Source of the DNA: a virus
Lineage: Duplodnaviria > Caudoviricetes
Direction: 5' to 3' (one strand)
DNA length: 64,000 nucleotides
IMG/VR virus record: IMGVR_UViG_3300013947_000022
Location: 64,001-128,000 of that record
Made by a program: the position numbers and the translations under genes. The notes beneath the pieces are model-generated. The model was given only the letters and a program-made list of their open reading frames with translations, searched no databases and was not told where the DNA came from. Positions 24,337 through 34,175 of this stretch are shown here, one piece after another; the stretch's first letter is position 1; each line of letters begins with the position of its first letter.

Positions 24337-24589
24337 ATATTACTGTTCTTATTGTGACAAAGTATTTGAAGATAAATTAACTTGTCTTGTTCATGAAAAA
24401 ATGGAACACATTGGTTACACAAAAGATGTGGCAGAAATAATTTCTTGTGGCTATCAGCCGTGCGATTATTGTGCTAATGCTTATTATGTCTATGGATGCG
24501 AGCAGGATTGCCAACATAAAAATGAATGCATGGCAAAACACAAATGGGCTAAGTTCAAGTATAGTGAGGGACAAGATGAAAGAACTTGA
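24326..24589 (+). CDS. small Cys-rich putative zinc-binding protein
   Basis: CSYC..F.....C..HE; CDYC. Confidence 0.55.
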   Translation: MYVKYYCSYCDKVFEDKLTCLVHEKMEHIGYTKDVAEIISCGYQPCDYCANAYYVYGCEQDCQHKNECMAKHKWAKFKYSEGQDERT

Positions 24590-25004
24590 ATATACCCACC
24601 ACAAAGATGTAGCTTTTCAACATTTAATTGATGAAGAAAAGCCTACCTATGATAAGTATAGAAAAAAGTTTCGAGACTTAGCAGAAGAATTTTACGAGGA
24701 AATTGAGAAAAGAGACCATTTTTGTGGCTTTAATCATCGTCATGTTTGTTCTTTTGAACTTTCTTGCCCTAATGAAAAAGACGCTCGCAAACGTTGTCGA
24801 GAATATCTAAAACAAATTGGCAAAGAAGATACTATTGAAACCGTGAGATATGGTTTTCTTCATTTGAAAAAATGGGTGTATACAGATTATTGCGATTATT
24901 GTCCATATAATAAATATATGGTTTCAGACTTTGATGGAAATGTTTTATTTGTTCATGGGTGGGAAAAAGAGTTTGAAAATGAGGAGTTTGGTGAGCCAGT
25001 ATGA
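24576..25004 (+). CDS. hypothetical protein
   Basis: SD GAGG; coupled at both ends. Confidence 0.55.
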   Translation: MKELEYTHHKDVAFQHLIDEEKPTYDKYRKKFRDLAEEFYEEIEKRDHFCGFNHRHVCSFELSCPNEKDARKRCREYLKQIGKEDTIETVRYGFLHLKKWVYTDYCDYCPYNKYMVSDFDGNVLFVHGWEKEFENEEFGEPV

Positions 25005-26008
25005 ATTAGAAATATACAGATGAAGAACTTTTAGACAAATTAAAAAGTCTTTTGGAAGACAAAGGAACTTTAAATTATTCTATTGTTGAAAACGAACCAA
25101 ATTTTCCCAGCCGTCATGCTTTTTAGGAACATTTTGGTAGTCTTTATAATGCTTTTACTTTAATAGGGTTCGAAGGGAAAAAGGGAAGGTTTAATATACA
25201 AGACGCTCAGGCTGAGTTAGACCAGCGTAATGGACATTTTAAAATTATAGAGTTTTATGGAATGAGAAGTAATAAATCAAAAGTTGAATGCAAAGATTAG
25301 GGGCATATTTTTAATGTTTCAATAGATAGCTTATTAAGATACAAAACAGATAAAAGTTATGGGTGTCCTTTTTGTAACAAAAAACGTTCTATATATATGT
25401 CTTTGAATGAAGAATTAACAGAAAATGAAACATCAGAAGATTTAAAAAAATATCCTAAAATAGATGGTTATGGATATATTTATCGTTTTGTAAATTTCTT
25501 AAATAAGAAAGTGTATATCGGAAAAACAATTTGTCCATTAGAAAGGTATCGCTCTCATCTTATGACAGCATTTGACGAGAATAATTAGTGCTATAATTAT
25601 CCTTTATATAGTGCAATTAGAAAATACGGTTTAAATAATTTTGCTTTCTCAGTAATTTTAGAGCTTGTCCCAAATGATAAAATCTATATGGTTGAACGCG
25701 AATATATGTATAAATATAATTCTTTAGCCAATATTGGATGGGGATACAATTAGACAGATGAAATATTTGAGGCTAATTCATCAAGTAGCACCATTAATAA
25801 ATTAAGTAAAAAAGTAGCTTTATTAAATGACGAAAATGAAATAGTGGAAATTTTTTCTTCGGCCCACGATTGTGCAGAAAAGCTTTTTGGGAATAGGAAT
25901 AAATTCTCTGCGGTTGCAAGCGTATGTAGAGGAGAAGCTAAGAAAGGAAAATATTTGGGAAAGAAATTAATTTATTTGGAGAATATCCAAAATAGAGAAA
26001 AGGAGTGA
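25001..26008 (+). CDS. GIY-YIG (homing-type) endonuclease with N-terminal repeat/Zn ribbon; five in-frame TAGs (25007, 25124, 25298, 25586, 25751)
   Basis: A single 335-aa frame with TAG readthrough: KYTDEELL..FGSLYNA, C...GH...GCPFC, GYIY...KVYIGKT...R..H, LYSAIRKYG, ERE, GYN*T, NUMOD-like C-terminus. Confidence 0.8.
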
Positions 26009-26015
26009 TGTTTAA

Positions 26016-26632
26016 ATGCCTAATTTTTATGTAAGTGATTTACATTTTGGGCATACTTAGCTAACATAATTAAGTTCGATTCGCGCCCATACGATACAAT
26101 AGAAGAAATGGAATCTGACCTTATTTCTCGTTGGAATAGTCAAGTTACAAGAGGAGACCATGTATACTGCCTTGGGGACCTCATTTGGAAAGCTGGCTCT
26201 GATGAATGGCTTCGTATCATTCATAAATTAAATGGCAACATTCATTTGATTTTGGGAAACCACGACCCAAGGCAATATTCCACAGGAGTTCAAAAAGCTT
26301 TAGCAGAGATTACTCCGTATAAAGAACTTAATGAAAAAGTTGATGGAAAAGATTATCGTTTAATTCTTTCTCATTATGTAATTCTAACCTATTATGGTTC
26401 TTGTTATCCTCAAACTTTCCATTTGCACGGACATACTCATGTAACTTCTGAGCAAAGTTTAGTAGAAGATTTTGCAAAAATGGCAAAAGAAAAATTAGCT
26501 CAATCTGATAATCCTTATCAAAATAGAGCACAAATGATTAATGTTGGGTGTATGATGCCTTATATGAATTATACTCCACAAACATTTGAATATCTTTTAA
26601 TGAAGTACAAGAAAGGAGAAACAAGAGCTTAA
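26016..26632 (+). CDS. Calcineurin-like metallophosphoesterase; 5' end out of frame (-1 shift near 26055)
   Basis: SDLHFGH in the frame from ATG 26016; ANIIKFDSRP, LGD, GNHD, SHY, HGHTH in the frame of ORF 26108. Confidence 0.75.
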
Positions 26633-27417
26633 TGAAAGTAACACTTTTAAATCCAGAAGTTCTTGAAAATCTTTATAAAAATCATGGCGTATTTGCTTGT
26701 GAATGTTATGGCACAGACAAGAAATATGCTGAACGAGTAGGACAGAGTTGTGAAGATTCTGGTCATATGAGCGGGTCTCGTTGTGAATATATTAAATTTG
26801 AAATTGAAGCGGACCGCGGCAGCCTCGAACAAATGATGCGTTCTGAAATTGGTGTGCGCTATGACAATCAAGATAAGTATGCTTATATGGATTTGATTGA
26901 AGCAATTCCTCGTGTAAGTCCTGATGAAGTGGTTAAGAATCTTGCGTCGTTCCGCTACATTGACAAGAATGATTTCACTTATATTACACCAACTAATATT
27001 GAGAAAAACGAAAAAGCAAAAGCCCTGTATCAAAATCTCATGAGTCATATTGATACTACTCGTAGACTCATTCGTGAAGCCCTTACAGAAGATGGTGTGG
27101 AAGCTCATGCGGCGGTTGAAGATGCTAATTTTGTTCTCCCTCGTGCAACGAATACAACATTAGCTATTGGCTTTACCCCCGAAGCTTTGATTACGTTTAT
27201 GCATAAGCGTCTATGTACTCGTGCTCAGGAGCCAATTCGTAAAATTGCTGTTGAAATGAAAAAGCAGATTGCTGAAATTAATCCTCGTTTTGCAAAGGAG
27301 CTTATGCCACATTGTCAATATCTAATGTGGTGTCCAGAGGGTAAGAAGAGTTGTCACGCTTATCCGACCAGAGAAGAACTTGCAGAAAAGCTAAAGAATC
27401 TCAAAAATAACACTTGA
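26632..27417 (+). CDS. thyX: Flavin-dependent thymidylate synthase
   Basis: GHMS..E, R..LEQMMR, SFRY, EDA.FVLP, RLC.RAQ..IR. Confidence 0.8.
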   Translation: MKVTLLNPEVLENLYKNHGVFACECYGTDKKYAERVGQSCEDSGHMSGSRCEYIKFEIEADRGSLEQMMRSEIGVRYDNQDKYAYMDLIEAIPRVSPDEVVKNLASFRYIDKNDFTYITPTNIEKNEKAKALYQNLMSHIDTTRRLIREALTEDGVEAHAAVEDANFVLPRATNTTLAIGFTPEALITFMHKRLCTRAQEPIRKIAVEMKKQIAEINPRFAKELMPHCQYLMWCPEGKKSCHAYPTREELAEKLKNLKNNT

Positions 27418-27494
27418 CAAATAAAAACACCTGTGGTATACTCAGATTAAAGAATGAGAAGCCATAGGTGTTTCTTTATATAAAGGAGAATATT

Positions 27495-27749
27495 ATGGGT
27501 AGGAAATTACCTTATAAAACCTTGATTTTAATGGGCGGTTAGAATGTAATTGTCCATGATTTAGCTTACGATGCTTACGACCAACTTTGTGAAATTAAAG
27601 TAGTTGAACAAAATTTATTGAATAAATTTACAAACAAATTTCAAAAAGTAATTACTGGTATTATTCTTTCAAATGAAGAATATACTTTTGAATACGATTG
27701 TTATGGTAAATGTGTAAATGGTGAATTTGAAGTGGAGAGTTTAAGATGA
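27495..27749 (+). CDS. hypothetical protein with in-frame TAG at codon 16
   Basis: SD AAGGAG plus ATG 27495; with readthrough it ends at TGA overlapping the next ATG (ATGA). Confidence 0.65.
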
Positions 27750-28090
27750 AATATCAAGTATTTTTTAAAAATAGTAAAGGAAAGAAGTTTTGGCTAAAAG
27801 ACTGTGAAACCATTGGCACAGCTTTTGGGATTGATTCTGATTTTTCTGAGGGGTGGAAAGTTATTAAGCGTCATATTGACGCTATGAATGATTTAAAACT
27901 TATTCAACTAAAAGATAAATATGGCGAACAATACGATGAAGAAAAGGCAAAGAAATCTACATTTAAGAGTTATTATACTCGAATGAATTTCAATGAAGAT
28001 ATGAGCGAAATTATTATTGATGTGGGTTCTTGGTCTGAGTTTTATATTTTTAAGAAAATTGAAGAAACAGAGGAAAACAAAAATGCTTGA
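27746..28090 (+). CDS. hypothetical protein
   Basis: Coupled ORF with SD. Confidence 0.6.
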   Translation: MKYQVFFKNSKGKKFWLKDCETIGTAFGIDSDFSEGWKVIKRHIDAMNDLKLIQLKDKYGEQYDEEKAKKSTFKSYYTRMNFNEDMSEIIIDVGSWSEFYIFKKIEETEENKNA

Positions 28091-28484
28091 TGTAAATAAG
28101 ATTCTTGAAGAAGTAAAGCAAAACAGTTACGCTAAGGTGTTTTATTTTATTCCATGTGGTTCATTTGATTCAAATAGCGATTTTGAAATTACTATTCCTA
28201 CTCTCAATGGTAATCGCCCTTTTAATTTTTACATTTCTTCTATGAAAGCGGACGAATTTGTGATTAATAATTCAGGGAATATTGTCCCTGTAGACGGATT
28301 TTATGCTAATGATGAAGAATGCGAAGCCTATGTAGAATCTAATTATGATAGTTACGGACGTTTTCCTATTGGAGCTATTACTGTTTGCCCTTCGCTTGCC
28401 GAATTTTTTCATACTCGTGATGAAGCAGAGGGCGTAGGTTTTTATCTTTGCAATAAATATAATGGAAAGGTTTTGATGAAATGA
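28083..28484 (+). CDS. hypothetical protein
   Basis: SD GAGG; coupled. Confidence 0.55.
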   Translation: MLDVNKILEEVKQNSYAKVFYFIPCGSFDSNSDFEITIPTLNGNRPFNFYISSMKADEFVINNSGNIVPVDGFYANDEECEAYVESNYDSYGRFPIGAITVCPSLAEFFHTRDEAEGVGFYLCNKYNGKVLMK

Positions 28485-28906
28485 ACAAATATAATGTTTT
28501 TGATAAAATTTTCCATGAAAAAAGTTTCCTCTACTGGCAGAATTTAAAGATGCTACCCCGTCAGTTAAAATGGGCTAAACAGAGAGTGACTAAAGGATAT
28601 TGCCGTTCGGATTGGTATGACATGGACAGTTGGTTTGCTCATGTGGTTGCTGATATGTTTGATGAATATGCAGAGAATACTTGTTCTCATCCTTGGGAGA
28701 TTAATGACCCAGATGATTGGAAAGATATTCTCAAAGAGATGGCAACACATCTTCGCAATGCTGGAATTGAAGAAATTGCGGATGAAAAATATTCTCATAT
28801 GGCAGATAGTAAAGCCAAGATTCGTGAACAGAACAAATGGAGAAAAGAAGAACTTCATAAATTCTGTGAACTTTTTGAAAAATATTATTTCGACCTATGG
28901 GATTGA
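28481..28906 (+). CDS. hypothetical phage protein
   Basis: QRVTKGY...D.YDMD...LF.KYYFDLWD pattern; coupled. Confidence 0.65.
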   Translation: MNKYNVFDKIFHEKSFLYWQNLKMLPRQLKWAKQRVTKGYCRSDWYDMDSWFAHVVADMFDEYAENTCSHPWEINDPDDWKDILKEMATHLRNAGIEEIADEKYSHMADSKAKIREQNKWRKEELHKFCELFEKYYFDLWD

Positions 28907-29108
28907 GGTAAATAAGAATGATTTATATTTATGATGTTTATGCGTATTTTAAAGACATCGTTTATAATGTTCATGAAGCAGAAAAGAAATTAATTGAAGC
29001 TGGGGCTAAAATTACCGATGTAAGAATTACTTCTTATAACAGCAGTTTATACGGGAGTCAGGAAATGGTAGCGTATATTTATTATGAGGCAGAAAAGGAG
29101 ATTGAATT

Positions 29109-30221
29109 GTGATTTATCTTGACCATGCAGCAACAAATCCAATTTCTCCTCATATTTATGAAGTGCTAATGGAAGATTTGCAAAATCTGTGGGGAAACGC
29201 CAGTACCATGTACGATATTGGCACGGAATCGAAAAGGATTCTTGAAGCAAGTCGTGCAAAAATTGCACGTTGTTTGGGAGTAGAGACAGATGAAATTTAT
29301 TTTACTTCTGGCGCTTCTGAGGGAAATAGTTGGGTTTTAAATCAGAAAGGTAAGTGCTTATGTTCTCCTTACGAACATGACAGCATTCTTTTAAATCCTA
29401 AGAGTTGTATTGTTGATGATAATTATCTTGATATGGCTACAATATGTGCGCTTTCTGATGATGGTCTTAGTTCTTTTGAGAACTTTTTACTAAGTTGGCA
29501 ACTTGTAAATTCCGAAACTGGTGAAATTTTTAATCTTAATAAATATAGCCATTATGCACACGAACTTGGAATGGCATTTCATACTGATATTACTCAGGCT
29601 GTTGGTAATGTAAAACTTAACCTTAAGGGCTGGGGAATAGACTGTGCAACAATGTCAGGTCATAAGATTGGCGCTCCAAAAAACATCGGGGTGGTTTATT
29701 TTAATAAAGAAGCATTCCCTTCTGACAAGATTAAGCCTTTAATTTATGGGCATCAAGAAAAAGGATGTCGTGGTGGAACCGAAAATGTTCCGTTTTGTCA
29801 CGCTTTGGCATTGGCAGTTGATGAAGCTTTCGCAATGCAAGGAAGTAAATCTGCTTATTGTAAGACCTTAAAAAAGGCATTTTATGATGAGCTTATGAAA
29901 GACAATTTCGCCAATGATTATGTCTATATTGTTTCTCCTGCAAATAGCGTAAATTCTACTATCAATATTTGTTTTAAGGATATTGAAAGTGAAGTTTTGC
30001 AGATGATGATGAATCAAGACGAGATTTGTGTCGCTACAGGCTCCGCTTGTTCGACGGGAACGATGGAACCAAGCAAGACACTTGAATATATGAAAGTGCC
30101 AGAAGAATATATCCGTGGAGAAATTCGTCTTACTTTTGATGAAAGTAATGATATTAACGATTTGATTCTTGCGGCACAGAAACTAAAGCAACATTATTTG
30201 GAGTTGATTTCAAATGGCTGA
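29109..30221 (+). CDS. iscS: Cysteine desulfurase (IscS/NifS family)
   Basis: IYLDHAAT, GNAS, FTSGASE, NSETG, HTDITQ, SGHK (PLP Lys), RGGTEN, TGSAC. Confidence 0.9.
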   Translation: MIYLDHAATNPISPHIYEVLMEDLQNLWGNASTMYDIGTESKRILEASRAKIARCLGVETDEIYFTSGASEGNSWVLNQKGKCLCSPYEHDSILLNPKSCIVDDNYLDMATICALSDDGLSSFENFLLSWQLVNSETGEIFNLNKYSHYAHELGMAFHTDITQAVGNVKLNLKGWGIDCATMSGHKIGAPKNIGVVYFNKEAFPSDKIKPLIYGHQEKGCRGGTENVPFCHALALAVDEAFAMQGSKSAYCKTLKKAFYDELMKDNFANDYVYIVSPANSVNSTINICFKDIESEVLQMMMNQDEICVATGSACSTGTMEPSKTLEYMKVPEEYIRGEIRLTFDESNDINDLILAAQKLKQHYLELISNG

Positions 30222-32937
30222 TTTTAAATTAAGTGAATATCAGGAAAAGATTCAGGATTTTTATAATACTTATCCTGAATCTAATATCCTTGTTAATGCA
30301 AAAGCTGGTTCGGGAAAAAGTTCAACTATTTGTTTGCTCACTGAAAACAATACTTTAAATTCTATTTATTTAGCTTTTAATGCTTCTGTTGCAGAGGAAT
30401 TTAAGAAAAAAATTAACAACCCTAAAACTAAAGTAAGTACAATACATTCCTTAGCTTATAGCATCATGCGTTATAACGTTGAAAAAATGGGAGAAAATAT
30501 TTCTTCTGGATTTGGGAAAAAGATAGGGCAGGAAATTAAAATTGACGGCCTGAAAATTTATAATATAGTAGAAGAGTATTTATGTAAAAAGAATATAGAT
30601 TTTCTTGAAAGAGTATTTTTAAAAGAAAATTATGTTCGCCTTTTTAGTATTGTTCGATTAAGTTTAATTGATTTTAATAATAAAAAAGAAATAGAAAAAG
30701 CAATAAAAGAATATTCTCTTTTTATAGATTTTGAGCATAATTTTGCCGTTCCCTCTACAAACGAATTAGTAGAAACAATTTCTTATGTAATGGACAAAGA
30801 CTGGGAAATTTTTGCGCATTCTTTTTCTGTTGATTTTGATGATATGTTATTTTTAACATATTGGAAATTAAAAAAGCATGAATGGGAAATACCTTATTGG
30901 GCATATTATTCTAATGTTTATGTAGACGAATGTGTTCCTGAAAATGCATATGTTACAAATGGAGAAAATATATATACCTTAAAGTCACTTTTTAATAAGC
31001 AACAAAAAAGTAAGATGTTACCAAATATTTTAAGTTTTAATGATAGAAAAAAGACCTTTGAGTTAGATTCAATAAAAAAAATTAGTAAAATTGGGAGGCG
31101 ACCCGTTTTTACCATTACTACTGAAGGTTTGAACAAAATTACAGTCACGGGCAATCATCCTATTTTAACTCAAAGGGGATATATTCCTCTTGAAATGCTT
31201 GAAATTGGGAAAGATTGGGTGGTTCTTGACAAGCCTAATAATCAAAAAGCTAAATATGTGCTTAACGACGACCAACTTCAACTTGTTTTGGCATCCTCTA
31301 TAGGAGATGGCTATTTAACTCAAATGAGCAATTATAATACCTATCGTATTAAATTTACACAGGGGGATGCTCAATACAGATATTTTCAATTTAAAAAGCA
31401 ATTATTAAACTGTACTTTTGAAAATAAAAATATTAGCGGATATACAGGTAAATATACTATTAATCAATGCGCCACTAAAATCTTTGCTTTACCTGATAGT
31501 CCTTGGAATTTAATGGAAACACTTGATGAAAGATTTCTTGCAATATGGTATCAAGACGATGGCTCTATTCAATTTTATTATACAAAAACAGAAGGTAGGA
31601 AAATCTCTTGTATAGTTATTGCTTGTAACAATTTATCTCAAGATAAAATTAATTATTTAAAAACGATAATTGAAAATAAATTTGGAATTAAAGGCGAATT
31701 ATGTTTTAATAGACAATATGCTCAACTTCGTTTTTCTGGCGAAGACGCTCATAAATATTTAAAAAAAATAGCTCCTTTTATGAATGAAGACTGTGCCTAT
31801 AAAAATCCTTATTTTAATAAAAGTAATCTCTATATTTGGGATGATAAATTTTTAGATTATGGAGTAAATTTTATTAAAAAGATAGAATATTTAGGAGAAA
31901 AAGAAGTTTATGATTTGGAAATGAACACCAATCATAATTTTATTTTAAAAACCACCAATCAAATAAATGTCACTGGAATGGTCGTTCATAATTGTCAAGA
32001 TTTAAATAAATTACAACAAAACTTTCTGCCTTTTATAAAAAGGAAAAACGGACGATTTGTTTTTGTTGGAGATTTTTTCCAAGCCATTTATAAATTTGCT
32101 GCTGCGGATGCAAATTCTTTTAAAAGAATTTCTTCTTTGTTTTCTCCTATAGCGGAATTTAATTTGCCTATTTGTTATCGCTGTCCCACTTCTCATTTAA
32201 CCAAAGTCAATAAAGAATTTGGAATTTCTATTCTCCCCAGAGAAAATGCGCCGACAGGAGAAATTCAAAAAATTGAAAAGGATAAAATTAGCAAGTACGT
32301 TAAAGGGGGAGACCTTATAATTTCTCGTTTAAATAAGTGGTTGGCTCCTGTAATTCTCGACCTTGCTACTCATGGTATTCCTGTTTGTATTCCTGATAAA
32401 GAGCTTGTAGAAAACTTGAAAAAAGTTGTAACTAAACGAGCAAAGAAATGTCCTACTACTCGTGCTTTAAGAGAATGGTTTGATAAGGATATTCGTAAAT
32501 ATCAAGACAGGGTTTCTAAGATTGTTAATTCTAAAATTCTTAACGAAGAACACAAAGAAAACTTGTCTTTAAAAGAACAAGTTGAAACTGTAGCAGACAG
32601 TAATTCTAAAATTGACAACATTAATTTTGTTCTTGAAATTCTTAAATATTATCAAAACAAAAATGGAAATACTTCTACCACAGATTTTCAAAAGTATTTA
32701 GATAAGCTTTTAAATACTTCTCCATCTTCTAATTGTGTTACATTGAGTTCTGTGCATAAAGCAAAAGGACTTGAAGCAGATAATGTTTTTGTTTTAAATG
32801 AGGGAAAAGTTTGTTTTGACCCAAGAAACAGTCCTGAACTTCAACAGCAAGAACGAAATTTAAGCTATATTTCTTTGACTCGCGCCAAGAATAAAATGTA
32901 TCTTGTAAAAGAGCCAACAGCTCAAAATAAAAAGTAA
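30214..32937 (+). CDS. UvrD/Rep-like SF1 helicase with intein
   Basis: AKAGSGKS, AFN, STIHS, DFDDML, DE|intein|CQD, VGD..QAIY.F, YRCP, SVHKAKGLE, TRAK. Confidence 0.88.
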   Translation: MADFKLSEYQEKIQDFYNTYPESNILVNAKAGSGKSSTICLLTENNTLNSIYLAFNASVAEEFKKKINNPKTKVSTIHSLAYSIMRYNVEKMGENISSGFGKKIGQEIKIDGLKIYNIVEEYLCKKNIDFLERVFLKENYVRLFSIVRLSLIDFNNKKEIEKAIKEYSLFIDFEHNFAVPSTNELVETISYVMDKDWEIFAHSFSVDFDDMLFLTYWKLKKHEWEIPYWAYYSNVYVDECVPENAYVTNGENIYTLKSLFNKQQKSKMLPNILSFNDRKKTFELDSIKKISKIGRRPVFTITTEGLNKITVTGNHPILTQRGYIPLEMLEIGKDWVVLDKPNNQKAKYVLNDDQLQLVLASSIGDGYLTQMSNYNTYRIKFTQGDAQYRYFQFKKQLLNCTFENKNISGYTGKYTINQCATKIFALPDSPWNLMETLDERFLAIWYQDDGSIQFYYTKTEGRKISCIVIACNNLSQDKINYLKTIIENKFGIKGELCFNRQYAQLRFSGEDAHKYLKKIAPFMNEDCAYKNPYFNKSNLYIWDDKFLDYGVNFIKKIEYLGEKEVYDLEMNTNHNFILKTTNQINVTGMVVHNCQDLNKLQQNFLPFIKRKNGRFVFVGDFFQAIYKFAAADANSFKRISSLFSPIAEFNLPICYRCPTSHLTKVNKEFGISILPRENAPTGEIQKIEKDKISKYVKGGDLIISRLNKWLAPVILDLATHGIPVCIPDKELVENLKKVVTKRAKKCPTTRALREWFDKDIRKYQDRVSKIVNSKILNEEHKENLSLKEQVETVADSNSKIDNINFVLEILKYYQNKNGNTSTTDFQKYLDKLLNTSPSSNCVTLSSVHKAKGLEADNVFVLNEGKVCFDPRNSPELQQQERNLSYISLTRAKNKMYLVKEPTAQNKK
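30931..31992 (+). mobile_element. Intein (354 aa) with LAGLIDADG endonuclease in helicase Walker B
   Basis: DE|CVPENA..., VTGNHPI, SSIGDG, IWYQDDG, ends VHN|CQD. Confidence 0.92.
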
Positions 32938-32949
32938 AGTGAGGATTTT

Positions 32950-33258
32950 ATGGTAAGAGCTATTAGAAATTTTAAGCGGAAATCTAAGCCTGAAAATAAT
33001 ACCCCTGCTAAAGAAAGTAAAAAAGAAACATCTGTTTCAGTTCTTGGCTGTGACCCACATTGTCCTTATTTCCCCAAAAGTGTAAGTCGGGTAGTTGAGT
33101 GGACATACGATGAGAAAATTCCTTGGATTAAGCGAAGGGTAAAGCCGAAGAAATTTGTATGTCAATATGATGGCTCAGTAATTCGCAGTTGGGATAAACA
33201 GCCTTGCGCTAAAAAATTAGACGAGTTAGCCACAGATAAAATAAATTCAAATAATTAA
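32950..33258 (+). CDS. hypothetical protein
   Basis: SD GAGGA. Confidence 0.55.
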   Translation: MVRAIRNFKRKSKPENNTPAKESKKETSVSVLGCDPHCPYFPKSVSRVVEWTYDEKIPWIKRRVKPKKFVCQYDGSVIRSWDKQPCAKKLDELATDKINSNN

Positions 33259-33271
33259 AGGAGATAATATA

Positions 33272-34069
33272 ATGAGCAAGAAGTATTTTTATAATCCAAC
33301 CTTTAACAATCATGACACTAATGGGGACGGATTTTATTCCTCGACTAAAAGCAAGATTGATGATTATTATAAAAAGTATCTGGCACTAAAGGAAAAGCTC
33401 AAGAACAACGACATTGATGTAGAAGATGATGAGGATGATGAGTATTCGGATGAACTTGCTGGTTGTTGGGGCGATTGTAAGGAATGCACCAATCAGCACA
33501 AGTGTCCTGCTGGGTTTCTTGATGATGATTGTAGGGATAGCGAATGGGACGTTGAATACGATGAGGAAGAATACTCTCCCATGTATGATAGCTATGAAGA
33601 GCGTCAAGTCGATTTGTTAAGTCTTCCAGTTTATTATCACATTGCATTTGCTATTCCTGCTGACTTTAGCTTTGGTAGTGAAACTGCCCGTCGTATTGAA
33701 GCTATTTATAAGCTAAAGTCAAAGCTGGAAAAGGCGGCTGATGAATATGAAGATGAGTGTGAAGACCTTGAAACAGGTTGGGTTAAGGCTGGTGATGCTG
33801 TTAAGATTGAAAATGTCTATGTAATGTTTACGACTGACAAGAAGTATCAGCGTCCTACTCTTGACAACATTCGAGAGTGTGTGCGAGCACTTGCTCAAGA
33901 TTGCTATGAAAACAAGATTCAGTTCTTGGCTATGCCTCGTATTGGTTGTGGTCATGGGCATTTGGATTGGGATGTGGTTCGTGAGCTTATCCTTGATGAG
34001 TTTGACAACTATTTTTATGATGTGGGCGAAATTGATTGGCGTCCCTATATCACGTTCTGCTATCAGTAA
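33272..34069 (+). CDS. Acidic/Cys N-terminus plus macrodomain (TARG1/Poa1p-like, divergent)
   Basis: DLLS...HIAFAIPADFSFG, LAMPRIGCGHGHLDW..V. Confidence 0.75.
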   Translation: MSKKYFYNPTFNNHDTNGDGFYSSTKSKIDDYYKKYLALKEKLKNNDIDVEDDEDDEYSDELAGCWGDCKECTNQHKCPAGFLDDDCRDSEWDVEYDEEEYSPMYDSYEERQVDLLSLPVYYHIAFAIPADFSFGSETARRIEAIYKLKSKLEKAADEYEDECEDLETGWVKAGDAVKIENVYVMFTTDKKYQRPTLDNIRECVRALAQDCYENKIQFLAMPRIGCGHGHLDWDVVRELILDEFDNYFYDVGEIDWRPYITFCYQ

Positions 34070-34175
34070 ATAAACTAACAAGTAAAAAATAAAAACCTAT
34101 TGACAAAACAAGTGAGGTATGGTATTATTCTATCATACCTCATTTGAGTTTTTATTGAGAGGAGATTTTTTCTTT

